Under the pieces are notes generated by a model. It was not told where the DNA came from, ran no database searches, and saw only the letters and a list, made by a program, of their open reading frames with translations. 64,000 bases of DNA from assembly GCA_019244185.1 (NCBI GenBank), contig JAFATB010000019.1, positions 224,001 to 288,000 on the forward strand. Direction: 5' to 3'. Position numbers and translations under genes: made by a program. Of the stretch, positions 8,337 to 17,703 are shown piece after piece; the first letter of the stretch is position 1, and each line of letters opens with the position of its first letter. Source of the stretch: Acidobacteriota bacterium. GTDB taxonomy: Bacteria; Acidobacteriota; Thermoanaerobaculia; Gp7-AA8.

Positions 8337-9347
8337 TCAGCGAAACGGCGACGCTGCCGGCGCCTGGCTATGCTCCGCAAGCGGTGGACGGCGGGACGTT
8401 TGCCGCGAATGCTGAACGCGTGCGTGGGCTCCCGCGAGCGCGGCCACCATCGCAACGCCGATGATCGCGTACAGCACGCGATAGCGCGTCTGCAGGCGGG
8501 AGACGCTCGCGTAGGTGAGACCGTCGGTGAGCGCTTCGTACGACCAGTAGAGTTGCAGCGGGTAGACAGCGACGAGCACCGCGAGCACGCTCGGGAGAAT
8601 GCCCGTCAGCGCGAGCAGGAGCAGGATCGCGTGCGCGAACGTGAAGAGGGCCAGGCTTGCGGCGAACGTTCCCCGTGGGCCGAAGATCACGGCGTTGGTG
8701 CGGATCGCGTTGAGCGCATCGCCGTGGTGGTCGCGGATCTCCTGCGTGAGGTGTCCCGCGACGAAGATCAGCGCGAAGAACGTTGCGATGGCGAGGCCGC
8801 GGCGGTCGAGCGCGCTGCCGATCGAATAGCCGAGGAGGAAGTGCAGGACTCCGCCGGCGAGATGCGTGAGGGAATTGAGAAGCGGCTTGCCTTTCCAGTT
8901 GAAGCGCGGCAGCGAATAGAGAGCGCTCAGCGTGGCGATCGCGAGCGACAGCGCGAGCGGGGTGGTGCCGAGGCGGCGGAAGAGAAGGATGCTGAGGACG
9001 AGCAGCGTCGCCGTGAGTGCGGCCATCTCGCCGCGGCCGACGCCCCGCACGATGAACACGCCCGCGGCTTTGTTCGGATCGGCGAGGTCGGCGTGCACGC
9101 CCGACCAGTCGTTGAGCAGGAAGATGTGCGCCACGAGGAGGACGTTCGCTACGACGAGCGTCACCAGCGGCGCGACGTGATGCGGCGCGACGTGATGCAG
9201 CGTGAGATGCCGCATCGCGAACGCCGCGCCGAGAAGCGGCGGACCCTGAAGCACGAGAATGTCCTGCGGGCGAAGGCAGGAGAGGTACCGAAACGCGGGA
9301 CCTTTAGCCGTCGTTTCGGCGATCGTGGAGACGTTCGTATCGGTCAT
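8337..9347 (-). CDS. UbiA-family prenyltransferase
   Basis: Multi-TM protein with Asp-rich motifs NDWSGVHADLADPNK and EIRDHHGD, plus YSLPRFNWK. Confidence 0.85.
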   Translation of the reverse strand: MTDTNVSTIAETTAKGPAFRYLSCLRPQDILVLQGPPLLGAAFAMRHLTLHHVAPHHVAPLVTLVVANVLLVAHIFLLNDWSGVHADLADPNKAAGVFIVRGVGRGEMAALTATLLVLSILLFRRLGTTPLALSLAIATLSALYSLPRFNWKGKPLLNSLTHLAGGVLHFLLGYSIGSALDRRGLAIATFFALIFVAGHLTQEIRDHHGDALNAIRTNAVIFGPRGTFAASLALFTFAHAILLLLALTGILPSVLAVLVAVYPLQLYWSYEALTDGLTYASVSRLQTRYRVLYAIIGVAMVAALAGAHARVQHSRQTSRRPPLAEHSQAPAASPFR

Positions 9348-12000
9348 AGAGTCTTAGCCAAAGTGCATAGCCGACGTCCTCGGACCAGTAATACCGAGGA
9401 ACGGTCGCGGTGAGATCGTTGTGGTAGAAGAGCGGCGGATCGAGTCGGATCGCGGCGAAGTCATTCCGTGCGAGCTTGCGCAACAGCGCATCGAGCTCCG
9501 CGCCGGACGGCGCGCTTCCGAGCAGCCGCGCGGCAGACAGCCAGACCTGCTGCCCCGGAATCTCGGTGTGCATGCGCGTCTCGGGCAGTTCGAGATCGCA
9601 GCCGGCACGGTGAAGATCGGGAAGCCGCAGGACCGGAACGAGCGGCGCCTTTCGATAGTAGACCCAGACGCGGTCTTCGTCGATGACCGGCCGCAGCGCT
9701 TCGCACAGCGCGTGGCCGGCAGCGGGCCGGACTTGCGACAAGAGCAACAGCAAATGCATCTGAATCGCGACGTCCGTCGGATTCGGATCGCTGCCCGGAT
9801 CGAGACACTGATACGCGCTTTGCGGCGCGAGCCACGAGCGGTAGAGACCTTCGGGCGTGCGATAGCGTGCGATCGTTTCGAGCGCGGCGTCGAGCTGGCT
9901 GCGATCCGCGCCGGGAGCAACGCGCCAGACGAGTGACGTGTCGTCGGTGTCGGGCGTGATGACGCAGCCGAGCGTGCCGATGCCCGGGCCATCCGGCCGT
10001 CCGTGGTAGCGCACCAAGCCGCCGCGCTCGATCTGCTTCGTCAGATGCTGCCTCGCGTGCTGCACGCTTTCCGCGAGACCGTTCTTCGCCGCGATCGGAT
10101 CCAGCAGATCGACGAGGAGCGCCGTGAGAAACGTGTTCATCTCCGGATGCGGATCCTCGAAGCGCGGCGCGCTCGTGAACCGCGTGAGCCAGTAACCGCC
10201 CGGCTGCTGGTGCTCGCGCAGACGCGCTGCAGCAGTCGCCGGATCGCCGGCCGCGCTGACGTCAGCGATCGGCATGCGCGGCAGCACGCGGAACGTATGC
10301 TCGTCGAGGTAACACCCGTCCCCCCTCGCATCCGCCCACGCGAACGCCGTCACGCGGTGCTCGCCGATGGTGAGGCTCGTGGTGTCGAACGGAATGCGCC
10401 AGCCCGCGCGACTGGTCTCGTGCAGCGCCGCGCGGACGTCCGGGCGATCGACGAACGTCGCGGTCGAGAATGTCTGCCGTCCGTCGACGGTGATCGCCAC
10501 CTGCGGCGGCGTGCGGTGGCCCGCAAGCGCCCAGCCGGTGGCGGCGGCCTGGTCTCCGGCGAAGATCGTCGACGTCGCGCGTCCGCCGCTGACGACTCCA
10601 TCGAAACTGCCACGCACGTTGACGAACAGCTCCGCCGGCGCGAGGCCTTCGCGCACCGCGGCGACGAACGGTGCGTTCCGCAGCGTCCACTCCGGATGCT
10701 TGACGGCGGCGGTCACGGTGAAGAGCGGCAGGTCCATCCAGCCGGAGTATGCGAACGCGCCGACGGTCTCGATGAGAATCGCGACACCCACCGCGGCGAC
10801 GAAGCACGCGCGTCCGACACGACGCAACGACGCAACGACCGGCACCAGCATCCACATCAGCAGCGGCACGAGGTCCGTCATGTAGCGCGGTCCCCACGAG
10901 AAGCCGGCGCGCCAATCCACCTTCGCGTAGAGCAGCAGCTGGATCACGATGCCCACGCTCATCGCGAGCGTGAGCCACCGCTCGTCACGGCTGCGCGGCA
11001 GATGACGGAACGCGACGAGGACGAACAGCAGAAACGGTGAAAAGACGAAGAGCCCGCGGGCGGGACTGAACAGCAGCCCCGCGACGCCGGGGAGGAGATG
11101 GAAGCTGAAGAACTGGGCGGTCCCGATCACGCCATAGCCGCCGCCGACGTTGCCGCCGGCGAAGATGTTGTAGAGCAGCACGAGGCCCAGCGGCAGTGCG
11201 GCCGCCGCAACGAACAACCACGCGCGCCGGCGTCCCGCCCAAACGAGCGCGTACACGCCGAGGACGCCGGCGAGGACGACGTCGGGCGGACGATTGCCCG
11301 CGACGAGTCCGCAGAGCACGCCCGCCGCGAGCGCGCGCGTCGTCGTACACGGCGCGGTCAGCTGCAGCAGCAGTCCGACGATCAGCAGCTGTGCGACGCC
11401 GTGCTGCCACAACGCCTGACTGCAGATCACCCACGCCGTCGTGCCGAAGCCGTACGCGACGGCGAGCAGCAGCGCGGTGCGCGCGTTCGTCCGCCGGCGC
11501 AGCAGCAGATAGAGCAGCGCCACGGTGAGCGCGGCCAGCAGCGACGCGGTGAGCTTCTCCATCACGCGTGCGACGTGATCGAGTCGCGCGTCGGTCCAGC
11601 CGCGCGCGTCGAGGTACGCGACGGCGGGCAGATAGAGCGGCGCGACGAGCACCGGCACCACGACCGGATAGAGCGAGATGATGTGGCCGTTCGGCCGGCG
11701 CACGAGCCAGAACGCGTCCGTCCCGCGACCCTGCGCCGCGAGCTTCTCGATCGGCTCGAGAAACAGAGTGTGATGTTTCCAGATCACGAACGGGAGATAG
11801 CGCGCCGGATAGGTGTCGCCCGCGGTGATGGCGCGGCGGTTCGCGTTGTAGATCAGCAGGCAGAAGATGCCGAGGAGGAGGGCGGCGCGGAAGCGTTTCG
11901 GATCGCGCGCGGTGACGTCCGGACGCACGTCCATCGCCAACGTTCCGGCGGGTGGCGGTGTCGCGGATTGGCGCTCATCTTCATGGTTCTCCTGCTGCAT
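9304..12000 (-). CDS. Fusion protein: GT-C-like polytopic membrane domain + Ig-like domain + class II terpene cyclase-like domain
   Basis: N-terminal TM domain with GDTYPA, SQALWQH, GLLFSPARGLFVFSP and WGPRY. Middle domain GWAL...RPDV...GWRIPFDT. C-terminal QW motif LREHQQPGGYW and DxDD motif PDTDDTS. Start could be 12000 or 11934. Confidence 0.7.
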   Translation of the reverse strand: MQQENHEDERQSATPPPAGTLAMDVRPDVTARDPKRFRAALLLGIFCLLIYNANRRAITAGDTYPARYLPFVIWKHHTLFLEPIEKLAAQGRGTDAFWLVRRPNGHIISLYPVVVPVLVAPLYLPAVAYLDARGWTDARLDHVARVMEKLTASLLAALTVALLYLLLRRRTNARTALLLAVAYGFGTTAWVICSQALWQHGVAQLLIVGLLLQLTAPCTTTRALAAGVLCGLVAGNRPPDVVLAGVLGVYALVWAGRRRAWLFVAAAALPLGLVLLYNIFAGGNVGGGYGVIGTAQFFSFHLLPGVAGLLFSPARGLFVFSPFLLFVLVAFRHLPRSRDERWLTLAMSVGIVIQLLLYAKVDWRAGFSWGPRYMTDLVPLLMWMLVPVVASLRRVGRACFVAAVGVAILIETVGAFAYSGWMDLPLFTVTAAVKHPEWTLRNAPFVAAVREGLAPAELFVNVRGSFDGVVSGGRATSTIFAGDQAAATGWALAGHRTPPQVAITVDGRQTFSTATFVDRPDVRAALHETSRAGWRIPFDTTSLTIGEHRVTAFAWADARGDGCYLDEHTFRVLPRMPIADVSAAGDPATAAARLREHQQPGGYWLTRFTSAPRFEDPHPEMNTFLTALLVDLLDPIAAKNGLAESVQHARQHLTKQIERGGLVRYHGRPDGPGIGTLGCVITPDTDDTSLVWRVAPGADRSQLDAALETIARYRTPEGLYRSWLAPQSAYQCLDPGSDPNPTDVAIQMHLLLLLSQVRPAAGHALCEALRPVIDEDRVWVYYRKAPLVPVLRLPDLHRAGCDLELPETRMHTEIPGQQVWLSAARLLGSAPSGAELDALLRKLARNDFAAIRLDPPLFYHNDLTATVPRYYWSEDVGYALWLRLYDRYERLHDRRNDG

Positions 12001-12116
12001 CCTTCGCCTTCGCAGAGTAGCGGGCGGAGGTCGCGTCCACAAGGCGTAACGGGCGCATCTTCACGACAGACTTTTCTGAATGCCGGCGGCGACGCGCTGG
12101 GCTATCGTGCGCACCG

Positions 12117-15100
12117 ATGACGCCTCCCCGCCGCCTCATCGTCACCGGCATGCACCGGTCGGGCACGTCGTTCGTCGCGTCGCTCGTCGCCGCGTGGAAC
12201 GTGCGCATGGGCGAGCGGTTCCTGGCGCCCGATCGCCACAACCCAAGCGGTTACTTCGAGGACCTCGACTTCGAGGAGCTCGACGCGCAGATGCTCGTCG
12301 ACGCCACGCCGGACGAGGCGGGACATCGCGACTGGGGCTGGACAGAGAGCGAGACGTTCGATGCCGCGCCGCTGCCGGCGCATCGCGATGCCGCCGCCGC
12401 GCTCGTGGCGACGCGCGACCGCGCCGGCGGCGCGTGGGGCTGGAAGGATCCGCGGACGTCGCTGCTCCTCGACTTCTGGGACGACGTCCTCGAACGCGAC
12501 GCGCGCTATCTGCTGATCTATCGGAATCCGTGGGAGGTCGCCGACTCGATGCTGCGCACCGGCGCCGCCGTGTGGCTCACGCATCCCGAGTACGCGGCGA
12601 AGATCTGGGCGCACTACAACCGGCGCATCCTCGAGTTTCACCGGCGCAACCGCGAGCGCACGCTGCTCGTGAGCATTCATCGTCTGTTGCGCGAACCCGG
12701 CGCGTTTGCGTCGATCGTTCAACAGAAGTTCGGCATCGACGCGGACACCGACACGATCGCGGCGCTGCGCAACGACGCGTTGTTCGTAACGAGGCCGGAC
12801 GACGATCCGCTGCCGCGCCTGTGGCGGCATGCGCATCCCGGCACGCTGGACCTCCTCGGCGCGCTCGACGACGCCGCGGACCTCGGCAACGAGCGTAGTT
12901 GGGAAGCGGCCTCGCGCAGAGGCGCCCCGCAACGCGCGGAGCGGCCGCGACTCTCGGTCATCGTGCCGTGCCACGACGACGGCGAGTATCTGCTCGACTC
13001 CGTCGCGAGCGTCGAGCGCACCGCGCCGGCGGCGGAGCTCATCATCGTCGACGACGGCTCGACGCAGCCGCGCACGCGCGAGGTGCTGGATGCGCTGCGC
13101 GAGGCGGGACATCGCGTCATCGAGCAGCCGCACAGCGGGCTCTCCGCGGCGCGCAACCGCGGCATCTCCGCGTCGACGGCCGACTACGTTCTGCCGCTCG
13201 ATGCCGACAATCGAGTGCTGCCCGGTTTCGTCGACGACGCGATTGCGTTGCTCGATGCCGATCCCGCCGCGGGCGTCGTGTACGGCGACCGGCGCGAGTT
13301 CGGCACGCGCAGCGGCGACGTCACCGTGCCGGAGCTCGCGCTGCCGCGCATGCTCTGGAGCAACTACATCGATGCGTGCGCGGTCATCCGCCGTACCGTC
13401 TGGAATGACGCCGGCGGATACGACGTCGCGCTGCGCGAATGGGAAGACTGGGATTTCTGGCTGCGCGCGGCGCAGCGCGGCTGGCGTTTCGCGCGCATTC
13501 CGCGGCCGGTGTTCGAGTACCGCGTGCGTCCCGGCTCACTGCACGACCGCTTCCTGCAGCGCACCGACTATCCGGAGTTGCTGCGCTACATCTACGGCAA
13601 GCATCGCGACGTCGTCTCCGAGCACGCCGCCGAGATTCTGATCGCCGCGCACGACGAGCGCTGGCAGCTCTTCCGCGACATTGAACTGCTGCGCGCGTCG
13701 CGCGATGCGATCCAGTACGAAATCGATCGTCTCGCAAACGCACAGCGCGCGGAAGCGCCAACAAACACGCCGCTGACGAACGCGACGCGCGTCTTCACGA
13801 TCATCGCCCGCAACTACCTCGCACACGCGCGGGTGCTCGCGGCGAGTCTCGCGCGTCACAATCCGCGGGCTCGTCTGCAGGTCGTGGTGTTCGACGATCC
13901 GCAACGCAGCATCACGGACGAAACGTTCGACGTGGTGCACGCGGACGAGCTGCCGTTCGATCCGCCGTCGGAGCTCTTTACGATGGCGGCCATCTACGAC
14001 GTCATGGAGCTCGCCACCGCGATCAAGCCGTGGGCGTTCGCGCATTTCTTCGCGCGCGGCGCGTCGGTCGTCATCTATCTCGATCCCGACATCGAAGTCT
14101 TCGACTCCCTCGGGCCGCTCGAGACGCTGACGCGCGCGCACGGAATGCTGCTCACACCGCACATCACCGCGCCGCTGCCGCGCGACGGCAAGCGTCCCGA
14201 CGAGCGCGATCTCCTCCTCTCCGGCGTCTACAACCTCGGCTTTCTCGCGCTCTCCGCGGAAGCGGCGAACGCGTTTCTGCCGTGGTGGCGCGCGCAGCTG
14301 CGGCGCGACTGCCTCAACGACGCGGCGGAAGGACTGTTCGTCGATCAGCGCTGGGTCGATTTCGCCCCGGCGTTCTTCACGCCGTTCGTCCTCAAGGATC
14401 CCGGCTACAACGTCGCGTACTGGAACCTGCCGCATCGCGTGCTCGCGCGCGACGGCGAGCGCATCGTCGTCAACGAACAACCGCTGCGCTTCCTCCACTA
14501 CAGCGGCTTTTCTCCGCGCGCGCCGCACCTGCTCTCGAAGCATCAGTACGACGATCCGCGCGTGCGCCTCAGCGAGCAGCCGCTGCTCGCCGAGCTCTGC
14601 GCGCGTTACGCGGCGGCGCTGAACGACGCGGGCTACACGGAAAGCGTCTCGCTGCCGTACGGCTTTGCGTCGACGGCCGCGGGGCTGCGGCTCGACGCGC
14701 GGATGCGCAGAGTGTTGCGCCGCACGTATCTCGCGGACGAGGCCAACGCCGGCGCACGCGCGTTTCCGAATCCGTTCTCGCGCGAAGGCGCGGATGACGT
14801 CGTGCTGCGACTGCTGCGGCCCGCGCCGCACGCGCCCGATGTCCCCGCGTATCTCGCGGAGCTCTGGAGCGAGCGCGCGGACCTGCGCGTGGCCTTTCCG
14901 CGCCTCGACTCCACCGACGCGCAACGCTTCCTCGACTGGGTGCGAACGCAGGGCGCGCGCGAGCACGACGTCCCGGCGGAGCTCATCCCTCCCCGCGCGC
15001 CGCGCGCCGCGGAGATCGTCGTGGCGCGACGCGAGCAACTCGCTCCCGGCGTCAACGTCTACGGCTACGCGTTCGCGGAGAGCGGCACCGGACAGATCGT

Positions 15101-16499
15101 GCGATCGGTCGTGGCCGCGCTCGCGGCGGAAGGGATTCAGTACGCGGTCGTGCCGTTCACGCGCGCCGTCACGCGGCAGCAGCAAGCCTTTCGCGACCTC
15201 GGCAGCGCGACTCCGGCGTTCGACACGAACCTCATCTGCGTCAACGCCGACCAGGTTCCGCTGTTCTTCGAGAGCATGCGCGCGCAACTGCCGCGCGGCG
15301 CGCGAAACATCGGCCTCTGGGCGTGGGAAGTCGAAGAGCTCCCGGCCGCGATGGCGCGCAGCGAACGCTATTTCGACGAGGTGTGGGGCATCAGCAGCTT
15401 CACCGCCGAGTCGCTCGCGCGCCGCCTCACGAAACCCGTGCGCGCGTTCCCGCTGCCGGTCGTCGTGCCGCCGGTGCGCCGCCGCACGCGCGCAGAGCTC
15501 GGGATGCCGGACGGCTTTCTCTTTCTCTTCTGCTTCGACTACGACAGCGTGTTCCGCCGCAAGAATCCGCTCGCCGTCGTCGCGGCGTTTCGTGACGCAT
15601 TCGGCGATCGCGCCGACGTCGCGCTTTTCATCAAAACGACGAACGCCGGACGCCACGCCGCGGAACACGAAGAGCTCCGCGCCGCCGCCGCGGGCCGCGC
15701 GAGCATCATCATCCGCGACGCGTACGTCACGAGCGACGACTACTTTTCGATGCTCGACGCGTGCGACTGCTACGTCTCGCTGCATCGCTCCGAAGGGTTC
15801 GGGCTCACGGTCGCGGAAGCGATGGCGCTCGGCAAGCCGGTGATCAGCACCGCGTATTCGTCGACGCTGGAGTTCGCGAACGAGTCGAACAGCTTTCCGG
15901 TGCCGGCGCGGCTCGTCGACGTCGGCGAGCGCGCGGGCCCGTATCCGCCGCGCACGCGCTGGGCCGAGCCCGACGTCGCCATCGCCGCGCAACAGATGGC
16001 GCGCGTCGTCGACGATCGCAACGTCGCCGCGGCCACCGGCGCACGCGCGCGCGCCGACATCGAGACGCTGCACAGCCCCGCCGCGCGCGGGCCGCTGTTG
16101 CGACGCCTGCTGGACGAGAGCCGCGCCGCGCGCGCGATGACGATCACGAACGAGACCGACATGAACGCATTCGATCCGCTCCCGACCTCGCCCGACCCAC
16201 CCGGCGCCTTCGAACACGACGCCATGGCCGTCGAGTCGCTCCTCGGCACGCCGCGTCCCGATCTCCCCTCGCGCATGCAGCGCGTGGCGACGCCGCTGCG
16301 CCGGCTCGTGCTGCGCTTCATGCGCGTCTACTGGGTTCAGCAGCTCGGCGTCGACCGCGCGCTGCTCGCCGCGATGCGCACGCTGCGCCGCGAGTCGCGC
16401 GACGAAGCCGCGCACCTGCGCGAGGAGCTGGCGCGACTGACCGCGGAGGTGCACGCGTTGCGCGAGCACATCAGCGGGTCCGACGAGCGAAAGGACTGA
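12117..16499 (+). CDS. Multidomain sulfotransferase + GT2 + GT-A-type + GT4 glycosyltransferase
   Basis: GMHRSGTS and WGWKDPR (sulfotransferase); SVIVPCHD...VDDGS...LDAD (GT2); FTIIARNYLAHA...YLDPD...DQRW (GT-A); RKNP...SLHRSEGFGLTVAEAMALGKPVI (GT4). Confidence 0.9.
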   Translation: MTPPRRLIVTGMHRSGTSFVASLVAAWNVRMGERFLAPDRHNPSGYFEDLDFEELDAQMLVDATPDEAGHRDWGWTESETFDAAPLPAHRDAAAALVATRDRAGGAWGWKDPRTSLLLDFWDDVLERDARYLLIYRNPWEVADSMLRTGAAVWLTHPEYAAKIWAHYNRRILEFHRRNRERTLLVSIHRLLREPGAFASIVQQKFGIDADTDTIAALRNDALFVTRPDDDPLPRLWRHAHPGTLDLLGALDDAADLGNERSWEAASRRGAPQRAERPRLSVIVPCHDDGEYLLDSVASVERTAPAAELIIVDDGSTQPRTREVLDALREAGHRVIEQPHSGLSAARNRGISASTADYVLPLDADNRVLPGFVDDAIALLDADPAAGVVYGDRREFGTRSGDVTVPELALPRMLWSNYIDACAVIRRTVWNDAGGYDVALREWEDWDFWLRAAQRGWRFARIPRPVFEYRVRPGSLHDRFLQRTDYPELLRYIYGKHRDVVSEHAAEILIAAHDERWQLFRDIELLRASRDAIQYEIDRLANAQRAEAPTNTPLTNATRVFTIIARNYLAHARVLAASLARHNPRARLQVVVFDDPQRSITDETFDVVHADELPFDPPSELFTMAAIYDVMELATAIKPWAFAHFFARGASVVIYLDPDIEVFDSLGPLETLTRAHGMLLTPHITAPLPRDGKRPDERDLLLSGVYNLGFLALSAEAANAFLPWWRAQLRRDCLNDAAEGLFVDQRWVDFAPAFFTPFVLKDPGYNVAYWNLPHRVLARDGERIVVNEQPLRFLHYSGFSPRAPHLLSKHQYDDPRVRLSEQPLLAELCARYAAALNDAGYTESVSLPYGFASTAAGLRLDARMRRVLRRTYLADEANAGARAFPNPFSREGADDVVLRLLRPAPHAPDVPAYLAELWSERADLRVAFPRLDSTDAQRFLDWVRTQGAREHDVPAELIPPRAPRAAEIVVARREQLAPGVNVYGYAFAESGTGQIVRSVVAALAAEGIQYAVVPFTRAVTRQQQAFRDLGSATPAFDTNLICVNADQVPLFFESMRAQLPRGARNIGLWAWEVEELPAAMARSERYFDEVWGISSFTAESLARRLTKPVRAFPLPVVVPPVRRRTRAELGMPDGFLFLFCFDYDSVFRRKNPLAVVAAFRDAFGDRADVALFIKTTNAGRHAAEHEELRAAAAGRASIIIRDAYVTSDDYFSMLDACDCYVSLHRSEGFGLTVAEAMALGKPVISTAYSSTLEFANESNSFPVPARLVDVGERAGPYPPRTRWAEPDVAIAAQQMARVVDDRNVAAATGARARADIETLHSPAARGPLLRRLLDESRAARAMTITNETDMNAFDPLPTSPDPPGAFEHDAMAVESLLGTPRPDLPSRMQRVATPLRRLVLRFMRVYWVQQLGVDRALLAAMRTLRRESRDEAAHLREELARLTAEVHALREHISGSDERKD

Positions 16500-16538
16500 C
16501 GGAATATTGGACCGACGCGCGCTTCTTCCCTTTGCACC

Positions 16539-17381
16539 ATGACGCAGCCCGACACGCACGGAGTCATCGCCGCCGGCGACGCGCAGCGCCTCGCGCGCGA
16601 GGCGGGCGTCGATCCGCGCGGCCTCATGTCGCTGCTGTTGCCGCGCGCCGCGGAGTTCGCGCGGCCACCCGTCTCGAACTTTCACGTCGGCGCGGTCTGC
16701 CGCGGCGCCACGACCGGCAATCTCTACTTCGGCTCGAACATCGAGTTCGCGGGCACCGCGCTCTCGACGACCGTCCACGCCGAACAGTCGGCCGTCACGA
16801 ACGCGTGGATGAGCGGCGAGGAAGGCATCGCCGCGATCGCCGTGACGGCGCCGCCGTGCGGCTACTGCCGGCAGTTCCTCAACGAGCTTGCTACCGCCGA
16901 TCGCCTCGAGATTACAATCGCCGGCGAAACGCATCCGCTTTCGTTTTATCTGCCGGGCTCCTTCGGCCCGCGCGACCTCGGCATCGAGGGCGGTCTGATG
17001 CAGCGCGACGATCACGGCTTCACGCTCGATGCTACCGACGATGACGAGCTGCTGCGTGTCGCGCTCGACGCGGCGAACCGCAGCTACGCGCCGTACTCGC
17101 ACGCATACGGCGGCGTCGCGTTGCGCGCGGCCGACGGCACGATCGTCAGCGGCGCGTACGCGGAGAACGCCGCGTTCAATCCGAGCATGTCGCCGCTGCA
17201 GGTCGCGCTCTCGCGCCTCAATCTGCGCGGCATCGCCTTCGACGCGATCGTCGCGGCGGCACTGGTGCAGAGCGGGCCGGGCATCCACGAGGCGGCCACG
17301 CGCGAGGTGCTCGCGGCGGTCAGCGATGCGCCGCTGCGCGTCGCCAACGCGCGGAATGCCGGTGCTCCGCCGCGCCGTTGA
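16539..17381 (+). CDS. cdd: Cytidine deaminase (homodimeric, E. coli type)
   Basis: HAEQSA, PCGYCRQF, SYAPYS and ENAAFNPS motifs. Confidence 0.92.
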   Translation: MTQPDTHGVIAAGDAQRLAREAGVDPRGLMSLLLPRAAEFARPPVSNFHVGAVCRGATTGNLYFGSNIEFAGTALSTTVHAEQSAVTNAWMSGEEGIAAIAVTAPPCGYCRQFLNELATADRLEITIAGETHPLSFYLPGSFGPRDLGIEGGLMQRDDHGFTLDATDDDELLRVALDAANRSYAPYSHAYGGVALRAADGTIVSGAYAENAAFNPSMSPLQVALSRLNLRGIAFDAIVAAALVQSGPGIHEAATREVLAAVSDAPLRVANARNAGAPPRR

Positions 17382-17388
17382 CGGGGCG

Positions 17389-17694
17389 ATGGACAATCAG
17401 CAGCAGCAACCGCAGAACACGATCCGCATCACGCTCGACGACGACGTCGCGCAGGGGCAGTACGTCAACTTCGCGAACATCATCCATTCGACGAGCGAGT
17501 TCGTGATCGACTTCGGCCGCGTCGTGCCCGGCCGGCCCGACGTGAAGATCTATAGCCGCGTCATCCTCACGCCGCTGCACACCAAGCAGCTGCTCGAAGC
17601 GCTCGGCCACAACGTCGCGCTCTTCGAACAGAAATTCGGCGAGATCCGCGGCGACGTCGACGCGCCGTTCTCGCAGAGCGAGCCGTCGAACTAA
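17389..17694 (+). CDS. DUF3467-like protein
   Basis: GQYVNFANIIHSTSEFVIDF...SRVILTPLHTKQL...FEQKFGEI pattern. Confidence 0.8.
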   Translation: MDNQQQQPQNTIRITLDDDVAQGQYVNFANIIHSTSEFVIDFGRVVPGRPDVKIYSRVILTPLHTKQLLEALGHNVALFEQKFGEIRGDVDAPFSQSEPSN

Positions 17695-17703
17695 CGACGC
17701 ACC

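Noticed and set aside
13536-17396. 1286-aa minus-strand ORF and similar long antisense ORFs (e.g. 19511..22414, 49105..51618, 57300..59918)
   Set aside because: They overlap well-supported genes on the opposite strand or in another frame; typical stop-poor shadows in high-GC DNA.
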